Source of the DNA: Rhizophagus irregularis | Taxonomy: Eukaryota | Reading direction: 5' to 3' | Length of the DNA: 64,000 nucleotides | Assembly: GCF_026210795.1 (NCBI RefSeq) | Contig: NC_089429.1 | Coordinates: forward strand, 2,480,001 to 2,544,000 | In this document: positions 12,464-25,004 of the stretch, piece by piece | Numbering within the stretch: position 1 is the stretch's first letter | Layout of the letters: each line of letters starts with the position of its first letter | Notes under the pieces: generated by a model | Database searches by the model: none | What the model was told of the DNA's origin: nothing | The model's input: only the letters and a program-made list of their open reading frames with translations | Made by a program: the position numbers and the translations under genes

Positions 12464-13924
12464 TTAAATTTCATTAATTTTCAATTGAGAAATATCAATT
12501 TGTAAAGATTCTATTTAATGAAATAAAAATATATTAATATTTTTTATATTAAATTTACATATTTACAAAATTATTGCATTATTTACCTGAAAATTTTTCA
12601 CTAATTATATTGTCATTTTGTTCATTGTAATAATCATCAGAATTTTTTGGTTCAGGAAGATTATTAAAATTAAGTAATCTACTTGTATAAACAGCTTCTG
12701 AATGAGTTTCATATGATAAACTTGTCAAAGGTATACTGCTAGCTGGTAGACTAGTATTGATTTTTTCTGATTCTTCAATTTGTTTAAATTGTTTTTGTAA
12801 TTCTTCATCACCAATCCACCATTGCCATAAGATATCTCGAATTTCTACTGCTTCCGGTCGATTTATTGGATTTGCATCCAAGCATCTTTTGACTAAATTC
12901 ACAATCAATTGGGGTACTTTAATATTACTAAATCTTGATCTAAGTCCTTGACAAATTTTTATTGCTAAATTTTTGTCATGGCTTACATCATGGTATGGAG
13001 GTAGTCCAGAAATTACCTCATACATAATTATACCAAAACTATAAATATCAGCAGCTTTAGTATAATTTTGTCCTCTTAAAACTTCAGGAGCAATATAAGG
13101 TAAAACACCATATATACTGTTTTTTGGATTTTCCGATACATTATAATCTGCAGGTTTACATAATCCCATATCAGTTACCGTAACTTCAGATTTAAAACTA
13201 AGTATATTACCAATATGTAAATCTCGATGAATTAGTTCTTCTTCATGAATACTCTCTAGTCCGAGTGTAATATGCCATAAATATTCTAGCTTAGTATCCC
13301 AAGATAATTCGTGATAATTTTTATCCAAATAAGCTCTTAAACTTCCATTCTTCGCATATTGCAAAACCATCATGTAATTTTTTGTTTCTGGGTCTTGTGT
13401 AATTCCATAAACTCTAACAACAGAAATAAAATAGGATTTTTTAGTCTTACAATGCATTGTTATCTAGATATACATTTTATAAATCCATCAGTAAAAATCG
13501 CAATTTAAAAATTTCATTAAATTAAGAAATTAGGTAATACCTCATTGATAAATTCTGATGTAACATTTTCTGAATTATTTAAACTTTTCAGTGCTACAAA
13601 CTCATTGGAATCATAACGTTTCCAATTTTTATTTATATTATCCCAACTTTCAATATATCCATCAATCCATTTTGCTCTATACACTTTTCCAAAACCGCCT
13701 TTTGCAATATATTCAATATCATATAATTTATTGTAAGGTATCCACTCTAAAACTTTCTCATAATCAGTTGCTGATAGTTGAGTGTCTTGAATAAATTTGT
13801 CAATATCGTTATTACCACTAGTCCAATTTTTAAAATTTTGCTGAAAATGTTTTGCATTACATTCTTTACACCAATCAACTTCAGTATTTTCTTTTCCACA
13901 CTCCTTACATATTCTATAACTCAT
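12464..13924 (-). CDS. Protein kinase (TKL-like, Glomeromycotina-expanded type); exons ~13924-13541, 13463-12587, 12510-12464
   Basis: GGFGKVY, VALKSL, HRDLHIGN, DMG, YIAPE, DIYSFG motifs; N-terminal CxxC..WCxxC; GT-AG introns join the ORFs in frame. Confidence 0.93.
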
Positions 13925-14389
13925 AGTTCAATAGATAAATTTAAACAACTTTATAGAATGGATAATAAAAAAGGCGCCACAAAATGTTACAGTGAAAATT
14001 TTTTTTTTCAATTTATGCATGCACGACATAAGTGTAATACAAATCGACAAAATGATTCACTACTTCAAAATGCTAAAATTGGTTTAGTGGTCCTAACTAC
14101 AAAATTATATTGTCTATCACGGTATTTGTCGATCATTTGTCGATCAGAAAATTCATTCAATAAAAAAAATTTTTGATGTTTTACATTCAGGACTCAGGAG
14201 ACTAAAATAATGTTTAAAATAATATTGTCGAGTTTCACTAATTTTTTATTATAAAATAAGTGACTCTATACTTATAGTTTTTACCTTCAAAATCTCACTT
14301 TAAATCACGCTTTACGCTTTCTTTTATTAACTCTACAATATAAACTTGCAAATCACAAAAAATCACATTTTAAGTAGCTTAATTAAAAT

Positions 14390-14790
14390 TGTCCTTCAAG
14401 GAATAAGACGTATTACAAATGAGGAAATAAAATGGAAGGCAGTGTATTTATTTTATACGACTATTCTGTAATTTACAAAAAATTCATAACTACTAAGTAT
14501 TTATATCAAAGATGCAATTCGTAACAATCCATTTGCAACGTGTAGAAAAGGAAAAATTTTTTAGTGGATCTGATATGAAGGTTAGTTAATTATATTATCA
14601 TTATTTTATAACGAATTTTAACGTTCAATCTCGCTATTTTTATTTTTAGATTTTACAGGAAATTATTAGAGAATATCCTAATTATTATTTTGATGAAATT
14701 GTTCGAGAAATGATTAATAAAACTGGATCTACTTTATGGAGATACTTTAAAATTTTGTGGGAAGAGTTTATTCTACTTTTGAAGATTAAC
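14390..14790 (+). mobile_element. Tc1/IS630-like transposase N-terminal (HTH) remnant
   Basis: RRITNEEIKWKAVY, then after intron 14581-14649 ILQEIIREYPNYYFDEIVREMINKTGSTLWR; frameshifted; no catalytic domain or TIRs found. Confidence 0.5.
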
Positions 14791-15847
14791 AAGCACTTTC
14801 CCATCGAGTAATCAATAAATATTTAATTAAAATTGGGCAAGCAGGCTTTGACAGATACCTTAAAATAAACCGCTTATTGGATAACCTGGAATTTTCGCTT
14901 TTTAGATGCTGAGAGTATGCTGAGATCATACTAGCGTATTACCAATATAAATTACTCAATGCAAATATATATATATAATTACTGTAGATATTTTACATAA
15001 AACTTCTTTATTTTTACTAAAATTTCTCAAGAATTAAATATATTTCACATAATTAAAATTGCTATAGAATGGGAATTTTTATTCCTAAATAAATTATTTA
15101 TTAATATATTATAAAAATAATATAATGAATGTTATATTTAATAAAAATAATATAACTATTGAACGCGATAAACTCATTATTAAATAAATAAATAATCTTT
15201 ATACCCTATTTTGTTAAATTAAATAAAGATACTAATTTTCATAAAAAAGAAAAAGAACTAAAAATAAATGATATAAAATAATTAAGTTACGTAATAAATC
15301 ATACCACTTTTACTTCGTCTATATTACTATATATTGAAGAAAGTTGTTCGATAGGTATAGAATTATACAAATATTATTAAAAAATTTTTATTTCTATTTA
15401 TTGTAATTTTAATAAACAATATAATTATTAAAGCGCTTTATTTGATTTAATGTTAAAAATTAAAAAAATGTTAAAATTTTGAGTCTTTGTTATATTTGAA
15501 ATTAAAGTATTGTAAATATTGTGAAATTATTTTTGCATTTCTTCACGCACGTGAAACAAAAATTTTCTTAAAGTTATATTGTACAAAAATAATAACAACA
15601 TCCAATTAATTTTTGTGGCTAATAATGATCAATTGTACCATATTTTGAGCCAATCTTATTTAAGGAAAAGGGTAATATCTTATACTCCGGGTACACGTAC
15701 GTTAAGGATCCCCTTGCAAGTAAATCCTCGTTTAGGTCGCGAGATCCAAAAGCTATCTGTTGTGTCCAAATGAGGGATCGCAAACTCTGAAACATATAAT
15801 AATTTATTTTGATTGGAAATTTTAATCCTCCTTTTCTTTTATACAAT

Positions 15848-16693
15848 ATGGCATGTTCAAAAATATTTTCAGGATAACTCCCTGAATTAACAAGTTGAAA
15901 TTATACAGTATTTCAAAATGTTAATTATCCTAGTTTTAAAAAAACAAATGAAATTTTTCTTTCTATTAAATTATGGAATGAAAATATTAGAACTTTGACA
16001 ATTAAAGAACGGCCTGGTAACATTTCAGACTTTGGCCAAAGATAGTATAAAATTGACAAGTTTTACTTTCTTGCCATTAATCAAAATATTTATAGAAATG
16101 AAGCTAATTTACATACTTTTGAATTTGAAGTTCCAAATACTTTCAGGATTGATGATTATCTCAGATTTACCTATTTGTAGTGTTAAAAAATCTAAAAATT
16201 TTTGATAAATTTAATAGATTTAGTAACTTATCATCATTTCTAAAATGTTTTTCTTCTGATTTCAATTCAATTTCATCACTTTATATTCAATCTTCAGTAG
16301 ATAATTATGCTAAAAAAAGATTTATCCAAAATAAATAATTTACGATAAAATCTTAAAAAAAAATTATTTTGATTATAATCATTATGTTTGAAGAATTCTA
16401 ATTTTCAAATACCTTAAAAATAATTATGTTTTATGAGATTTATCTCATGGAAGTCAATTTTAGTGAAATATCATATTCTTTATTGTTATCATTTAATATC
16501 ATTTAAATTCACCATTATTCAACAAAATTATTAATTTACCTATTAAATCATTTAAGCTTAAAATCTTTATTTATGGATTACAGATCTATTACAAATTGAA
16601 CCATTAGAATTATTATTACAGAAATCTGGTAATTAATCAGAAGATATTGGATCTGGATCACTAGTAAAAAGCGAACTAAAACTACAATTAATA
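15848..16693 (+). pseudogene. F-box/LRR-like gene, heavily decayed
   Basis: Starts MACSKIFSG*LPELT, paralogous to 17862-19502 and 52738-54300; later blocks (NEANLHTFEFE, FKLKSLF, LLLQKSGN) are broken by indels. Confidence 0.8.
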
Positions 16694-16695
16694 CT

Positions 16696-16935
16696 TGTTA
16701 TTCCATGGGTATCAATGAATAACTGAAATATTCACGCACCGATGCCTTGGGGGCCCCCGAAGGGAGGGGAGCATCGGTGTATATGGAGTATTTATTAGAT
16801 ACCCATGGAATAACAGGTTTATCTCATTGTGTATGGCGTATACACCGATGGATATTATACTTTTTTATACTTTTTTTATACCGGTGGAATAATTTACAAA
16901 AAAATCCATCGGTGTATACATAATACCGATGGGAT
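16696..16935. repeat. Nested inverted-repeat (hairpin) element end
   Basis: 18-bp perfect IR 16696-16713 / 16798-16815, inner IR CACCGATGC/GCATCGGTG, GC-rich core GGGGGCCCCC; second IR TATACACCGATGGAT/ATCCATCGGTGTATA at ~16840-16918. Confidence 0.7.
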
Positions 16936-17861
16936 AATTCAAAATATTCTATTTATAGCTATTGTAATTATTTTTTTAATTACTTTTCCCTCTCTTCCCA
17001 CTATCATCATATCTCATTCTATCTACTCTCTGTCCTCTTTCACGTATTAAATATAAATATTAAACCGTTTTAGATAGGTTTCAAAATAATTTTCTGAATA
17101 TATAAGTTTCTGTTAAAAATACAAATGGATGGCATACATAGTGTATGATATTTATATTTCATCATACAGTGTTCGTATTCCGTGTTGCTAGTGTTACGAA
17201 CTGCATTAAGTCAATAAATAAAAATTCTTATTTTTTAAGATATTACATGAATATATCTCAATATAAAATATAAAAAAAAAAACTCTTAATGAAAGTAAAA
17301 TGAATTAAAACCGAATTGAAATTCATCTCCATTTTCCGTTATTAATTTCTCTTTTTTATATTTGAAAGAAGTTTAAATTCCGATCAGATTGTGCATTAAT
17401 ATATTAAGGTGTTATCTTGAGGTAATTCAAAAAAATTCTAGCCTTTATTGATTAAATCCATGTACACTTGCCAAAATGTGTCCAACCGTCAATTCGCAGG
17501 TCGAAGCTCTACCCGTTACAAATACCCGTTTATAATATACACCCATATCGTATCTCACGAGGTATCACCTAATTTTTAAATCAAGCATTTTTGTAAAATA
17601 CCGAGTATTTTATACTTTCATGCAGTGCTAAACGGTTTTATATTGAAATATCATAATAAAAGCATAATAATATATAAATATTTCATTAAAATTGTTAACT
17701 TGAATTGGAATATTATGAATAAAATAAACTATAATTCTTAAAGAGTTCCACAATTTTATTATATCCCAAATCAAAGTATTTATACATAATACAAATCACA
17801 TATACTGATAATTTCATAATAATAATATAATATAAAACAATCTAATTTGTATAGTAAATAA

Positions 17862-19502
17862 CTAATCAACTTCTTTTAAAAAATCATAAATATCAATAGA
17901 TAAATCCTTATAACATAAAACTTGAATATCATATGATTCAAATTCCTTTACCTTATTTTTTAGAAAAAACAAATCATCAATTCTTGAATATATAATTTCT
18001 GAAAAAGCAAAATATTTGACTCTTTTCTTTTTCATAATATATTCTTTTATAAAAGGGAAAATATCACCATTTTTTCCTCTCTTTCTATTTCTGATTAATA
18101 ATTTTTTAACAAAAGTATTTTGAAAATTTTTTAAAAATATTTCAAAATCAATTCTATTAATTGTAAGACTTAAATGTAAATATTCTAATTTATGAGGAAG
18201 AATTTGACCTAAATTTTTTAATATGATTGAACTAATATCAGTAATGGAGGTTTCTATAAAAAGATAATCAAGATTTTGTGTAATATTTTCAACTAAATTA
18301 AATAATAAATAACTACTCTTATTATTCATTGAAATAGGACCCAAAAATTTAATTTTGCTACAATATTTTATAATTAATTGTAATAATTGTTGTGGTTCAC
18401 TGCTTATAATTCCAAAATTTTCTAAATAATCGCAAGATTTTTGTATTAACAATTCTTCAGTTTGTAATATTTCATTCAAAAATAAAGATTTTAATTTAAA
18501 AGGTTTAGTGATATTATTAATTTGTTGAATAAATCTAGAATCTAAAGAACAACAATAAATAATATGAATTGATTCTAAAACATTCAAGTGATTAAATACT
18601 TCACTCAAAATAAGTATATTTTTAAAATCAACATAATAAAATATAATTGTATTTAAAGTATTTGAACAATTAGGATTTTTAATTAAAAATGATAGTGATT
18701 GATGCAAAGGAAATTGACAACCAAGTAAAAGTTTTCTAAGATTTATTTGAGATTGAATAATTTGTGATAATGATGAACATTTATCAGTCACTTGAAAATG
18801 ATAAAATGAATACTGCAAATAAAGTGATGAAATTGAATTACAATTAGAGTAGAGAAATTTTGAAAATCTTGTATTTTCAGTTACTTCATAAAAATTAATT
18901 TCAAAATTTTTAATATTACAAATGAAATTCGGATTTTGTAATATTAATTCAAGAATCTCATCAAAATATTCAAATCTTGTATTATTAAACAACATAACTT
19001 CAAAACTATACAAATTTACTTCATTTTCAATGAATATTATAAATAATGATTTATATATTAACTTTGTAAAATTTATAATTTGCGAAGATAATAATTTATT
19101 TCGCATTAAATAGCCAGAACGTTGCACTTTAGTTTTTGAAGTTTCAATAGTTCTAGACCACTCATTAATAGAATTAATGATTTCATATGCATCTAAACGT
19201 TGAATAAAACTAGAATAATTAAATAACGTATTTGAAGGAAATATATCATTTTGAGTTAAATATTCATCTAATTTTATTTTGTAATCATCGTTTAGCTTAT
19301 GTAAGTAAATTTCAATAAAGTGATAATTTTTAGGTAATTTAAGTGAAAATGGATCTTCCCATAATAATGGGATTGCTAAACGACACCATAATCTATTAAC
19401 TAATATACATGAATGTAATGTTTTGTAATCATAATGAAAATATTGTATAATTTCGTTTATTAACTCTGGTAAATCTCCTGAAAATAACTTTGAACATGAC
19501 AT
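17862..19502 (-). CDS. F-box domain / RNI-like LRR protein, 546 aa, single exon
   Basis: Intact ORF; N-terminal LPELINEIIQYF...LHSCILVNRLWCRLAIPLLWEDPF F-box-like motif; Leu-rich repeats; NLGQILP.KLEYL C-terminal family motif. Confidence 0.88.
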   Translation of the reverse strand: MSCSKLFSGDLPELINEIIQYFHYDYKTLHSCILVNRLWCRLAIPLLWEDPFSLKLPKNYHFIEIYLHKLNDDYKIKLDEYLTQNDIFPSNTLFNYSSFIQRLDAYEIINSINEWSRTIETSKTKVQRSGYLMRNKLLSSQIINFTKLIYKSLFIIFIENEVNLYSFEVMLFNNTRFEYFDEILELILQNPNFICNIKNFEINFYEVTENTRFSKFLYSNCNSISSLYLQYSFYHFQVTDKCSSLSQIIQSQINLRKLLLGCQFPLHQSLSFLIKNPNCSNTLNTIIFYYVDFKNILILSEVFNHLNVLESIHIIYCCSLDSRFIQQINNITKPFKLKSLFLNEILQTEELLIQKSCDYLENFGIISSEPQQLLQLIIKYCSKIKFLGPISMNNKSSYLLFNLVENITQNLDYLFIETSITDISSIILKNLGQILPHKLEYLHLSLTINRIDFEIFLKNFQNTFVKKLLIRNRKRGKNGDIFPFIKEYIMKKKRVKYFAFSEIIYSRIDDLFFLKNKVKEFESYDIQVLCYKDLSIDIYDFLKEVD

Positions 19503-21009
19503 ATTTTTAGTCGAAAAGAGAAAATAAGAAAAAAGGGTTTCTGAAATTAAAAAAGCTACGTCAAAAATTTATGGGAATTTCGGAGCGGCAACTCCGTTTG
19601 TCGCACAGAACATGTTTGTACATGATTATCATGATCGGCTGTTTCAAAAAAATTTTCTTATATAATTATTACGTAATGATATTGTGCGACAAATCACCTT
19701 ATTAAACGGATGCCAATTTGCGTCTTAACGAATGTTAAATAGCTTATTGAATAGTCAAGTCATAATAAATTAATATTAAAGTTTCTATAAACTTCACTAT
19801 ACGGTACAAAGTTAAAAAATTTGGTTCTCATATCCTGACCAAATCAAAAGAACGAAAATTCCAAATTTTAATTTTTTTTTTACACGTAGGTATTTAGCTT
19901 GAAGATAAGAATGCCGAAAAGCCTGTGTAATGTATCTAGCTTTAATCGTAGCATTATTTCAATAAATTTGTTGGTTATACTAACCATGATATTCAATATA
20001 TGGTTAGTTTGATGCCTAAATACAGCTTAAACTTTTCCAGCATTTTTATATTAAGCTTGAAGCTTGAAGCATACACTTAAGTGTAGGCTTAAGCATAAGC
20101 TTCAAGCTTCAAGCTTCAAGTATTGGATCCGCAGTTAGCTTCTCTACGGATGGCAGGTTAATATATATATATATATTTTTAAACGTAATTATTTATTAAT
20201 AATTTATTTATTATGATAAAAAAAAAGTACTATGAAAGCTATTGAAAAAAATTTATTACCATAAAATAATATTACATATAAATAAAATAAATTATTTTTT
20301 TCTTTTTTTTCTTTTTTTTTATTAATTAAAAAAAAAGTTTATATTCTTTTATCATTATCAGTTAAATATAAAAAAACATGGAAGATTACAAACAATCATT
20401 ATATTATCAGACAAATGATATAGAATTGGCACATCTATAAAAAAATATTTTTTTTTTATAAGATATAATATAATTACATCAAAAAATATTTGATCATAAA
20501 GAAAAAAAAGATTCTATTTATAAAGAAATATTGACTTCATTTTATTTTAATGACAAAAAAAATATTTAATAAATATCTCTTTTTTTCGAAAAAAAAAAGG
20601 AAAAAAATATCGATTAAGAAAAATATATTAATAAAAAATATCTATTCTTTATAAAAAAATAAATAACATAAATTATTTCATATTAAAAATTAAATAAATA
20701 AAAAAAATAAATAAATACTATATCAGCAAAACTCGCTTTACTTTGTGTAATTCATTCAACTGTTGAACGAGAAAGTAATAATTTTATTATAAAAGAAACT
20801 ATTGGTATTGCCTTTTTTCCAAAAATCCATCAGTTCCGAAATGGATTCCCGATTTTGCATTCGGGATGAAGTTAGGTTTACAGGAAAATTTATGTAAAAA
20901 AAAAATAATACCCAAAGAAAATAATTATTAATTCTTTTTTTTAAAAAAAAAATATATAAAATAAATTATATGACAGCTAATGCAGGTGATCATTTGAACC
21001 TTACATAAG

Positions 21010-21200
21010 ATAATCTTCCGATTGGTTCATTCTCCGTTTTTCTCATTGGTTACGTTATAAGACAAGTACAAGATGATGATGAATTATTTAAAAGTATTAA
21101 ACTTAACGTTAATGAATTTGTTGGAAAGGGAAATGTTGCTGACAAATTTAATATAAAATGTAGATACTTAAAAGCGGATGAGAGAATAGATAATAAAGTA
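21010..21200 (+). pseudogene. Isolated coding-like exon fragment, family not recognised
   Basis: Open frame without a start codon: LPIGSFSVFLIGYVIRQVQDDDELFKSIKLNVNEFVGKGNVADKFNIKCRYLKADERID. Confidence 0.3.
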
Positions 21201-21497
21201 AAAAAAATCCATAAACAGATTCTTTTTCTTAATATATTCTACATTATTACAAACAAAAACATAAATACACAACTCACAATAAATAACATTTTAACTGAAA
21301 AAATATTAAAGACCGTGCCAACTTAATTTCTGACGCCACTCTAGTTATGGTAAATAAATTTTATAAATTTTTATTTGTCAGAATTTCGTATAGTTTATAA
21401 TGTGAATCAATTTATAACTATTTTATTTGTACTATATGTTAAAGTTCTAATATGAAAATACATTGAACTTGGAAAAAAAAAATCAATAGCTTAAAAT

Positions 21498-23397
21498 TCA
21501 CTTATTTCTCTTTTCAAAAACAACTCCGCAAGAACTTGGGGATGTCATTGGACCAAGCCTCGTTTTTTCTTCGATTTTACCACTTTCTGTACGGAAATTA
21601 TATTTCAAAATAGCGTCATGCATAAAAAATTTAATTTCGTTTATAGCAAATTGTCTTCCAGGACATCTAAATAATTTAATGACAATTGAATTAATTAACG
21701 TCAACAAAAAATTAGAAAAAAAAAACTTCTTAAATATTATACTTACGCATGTTTACCACCTCCAAATGCTAAATAATTTCTAGTTACTTTTGATGCTGGA
21801 ACATTTGCATCTAAATGTCTAAATGGTTCAAATGATTTTGGATTTGGTCCTTGTAATGATTCATCTTCATAAATATCATCAAAATAAAGATCAATTAAAT
21901 AATCTTCCGGTACTTGTAATCCATTAGAGAATGTATAATCTTTTAATATAGCGTGTTGAAGTCCCGTTATAAATCCTGTTAACCTTAATGATTCTCTAAT
22001 AAAACTATCTAATTTCTTCATATTATTAAGAGCTTCAAAAGGAAGTATACCATTTTCATCTGCTTCTTTATGAACTTCTAATTGTTCTTCATATAATTCT
22101 TGCATATATTCAGGTCGAGATGCTAAATCAATAATAGCATTTGCACAGGTACTCGATGTTGAATGAATTGATACAAAAATGAATACGCCTAACTTATCTG
22201 CTATAAATGGATAATCAACATTATTAGGATCAAAATCTTCTTCTTCCATAGTATCTTGAAGAAAATCATCAGGCCGTTTCCAAGATTCACCATTTTTTTC
22301 TTTATCTTGTAAACGTTTGCAAATTTGTTTCTTAAGATGTTTAATTAATATATTTTGGTGTTTAACTGCCGGATTATATAATCCTAATCTTAAAATAATA
22401 CGGTTGATATAATTTTGAAGTCCTGGATAAATAAAATCGAGGATTGGTGGGATCATTAAAAATATTGCTGAATCACTTGTAAATTCCGCAAATGTAGTTA
22501 TTATTTCCTCATATTGTGATATCTCCTATAAAATGAAAAAAAAAATAAATAAATAAAATTTTTAATTTTTTTTTCTTTTAAATACATAAATAAAAAAATA
22601 AATTAACTTATTTATATATACTTACTTCACCAACAAAAATATTTGCAATAGGGGCAGAAATAATTTTAGTAATCAAATTATATATATTATAAATAACTTT
22701 TGGTTCATCACATTCGCCAATTTGTTTTTTGGTAGCTGAATAAAGACTATTTTGCATACGTTCATTATAAAATTTCATTTTATTTAAGACATATTCTTTA
22801 AGTACTTTTGATGTATTTGTAAACCTTTCTAAGGTTTTAAGCATTACATCTCCTGGAAATATTCTTTCAATTGCTTTTGAAAAATCAAATACATCATCTC
22901 TTGATAATACTTCTTGCGAATGTTCTTTTCCTATGAGTCAGTAGTAAAGTAATTAAAAATGAATTTATAGATTAGGACGTTTAAAATATTTTATATTTAT
23001 TGAAAAAAAATATGTAACCTACCAACAATTATTCTCACTTGACCCCATATATAAAGACAAAAGATATCTCCGTACTAAAAATACGATAATAGATAAAATT
23101 AAAAGTTTATTTAATTTGACGCTAAAAAATTCATGAATTTACAAACCGCTTTTCTACATTGTTTAAGGAATTCTTCAGTATTATACAAATAACTATAAGT
23201 ATGACCAATAATCGGAAATTTATAACGAATGAGTGGCGGCATATTCTAAGAAAGTAAATAAAAATAAAAAAAAAAATTAAAAAATTTGAGATAGTAGCCA
23301 TTAGAAATTTTTATCTTACCAATTTTGGTTCACGCATACGCTTTAGAACGTAAAGCGTTATTATTAGAATGAATCCTAAGATAATAGCTTGATACAT
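21498..23397 (-). CDS. Cytochrome P450, six exons
   Basis: ATG 23397 with TM anchor MYQAIILGFILIITLYVL; PPLIRYKFPIIGH; ESLR (ExxR); FEPFRH (PERF-like); heme motif FGGGKHA/CPG split by an intron; GT-AG introns in frame. Confidence 0.93.
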
Positions 23398-25004
23398 TTT
23401 TTTTTAGAATTTAATTTTTTTTTATCGGTTATTATTTAAAATATTTTAAAGAAGTATGCGAATGCCTTCACCTTTTATAAAAGAGTGAAAATGTACAAAT
23501 TTCATTTATCTAATGAGATTATAAACTGAAACAAATTTACGTCATTTATTGGCCAAGAGAAAATCATTTATGCCAAAATGGAAATCATGGGGTTGCGACC
23601 GATTATTTACTATGTAAGAACAACAATACGTTTGCCAAGAACTTAACAAAATATAATATAAATAAATACAATATATGCTTGGTTTAATATTACTAAATAA
23701 ATAATTATTCAAATAAATCTCCAAATTCGTATCCTGAATTTTCACAAACTCAAAATTTACCCTATTTATATAAATCCAAAACCAGTTTCTCAACGAATCT
23801 TCCTGCGCCTTTCATCACTATGTTTTGTGGCAAACCTAAAAATTTTAATTTCATCTCATTTTAGGCTCACACGTCAGTACTTAACGTTTTTCATGTTTTT
23901 GAAATTTTGAATTTTCCTTCGTTTTTGATCTTCAAATCTCCTAAAACTGAATATCCTAATTATACAGTAGTTCCTTTTCAAAATGATCTACAATTCAAAT
24001 CATCTGATTTCTTAATCACTTGATCTAATACTCTTCGTTACTCCTTTCACCATTAAACATCTATATAACAAAAAATACATTAAAAAATCGTAACGTTTAG
24101 ACTAGCATGTATAAATAGTTTTGAATTGTGTAATATATTTTCTGCTTGCGCCTAATCTATTCCATTTTAGCATAAGTTTTTTTTTGCCCTTTATTTTCTA
24201 GATTATTTAGGTTAATATCGGTAAGTTCAAGGTATGAATTCCGAATTGAAGATCATCAATATTGTTACCGAAATTAGATCATTTGTTTAGATCATATGTT
24301 AGCGATAGTATGCTTTTGGATGATAAATTTCTGACGATCATCTTCCATATTTATTCACTTTTTCGCTCAATATGGAATTTGTTATGCGATCTTCATACAT
24401 TTTTTCATAGTTTCGGAAATGCACAACGTGAACTTTAATTGTTCAATTTTATATAGCTATGTTTTATAGCTATATAGCAATAGCAATTGCTATTGCTATT
24501 GCTATTGCTATTGCTATATAGCTATAGCTATAGACGCTAAATAGCAAAAAATATTGCTTTTACCAAATTGCTTCTTTTGATATCATTAGAATAAAATTAC
24601 AAATTAAGCATTCCTGTGCCACTTTCATTGCATGTTTAATTTAGTCATCAAATAATAGGATTTCACATCAAATTTAGATGATCTTCAAAGAAATAAAGCT
24701 ACGAATATTTTTTTTTCTAAGCTAAAAAAAAACCCCTAAAATATTGTGTTACATCTTTTTTTTTTTGCAGGAAAAAAAAATTGGTTGGATAAAAAAATAT
24801 TGCGTCATAAATAGATCTTGGATTTTTTTAAAAAAAATCATTTTTCTTTCTTTTTTTAGAAAGAAACATCATTTTTTTTTGATTATCATTATCCAATTAC
24901 AATACTTATCATTATTTAATTCCCTTTTTTTTCGTTTTACTAAAAAAAAAAAAAATTTTTTTCTTGGAAGGAAACATTTTTATTAATATTTCCTTTTATT
25001 TTGT

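Noticed and set aside
24744..24986. Short F/K/L-rich ORFs here and at 9607, 29116, 29981, 62131 and 62368
   Set aside because: Products of poly-A/T low-complexity sequence.
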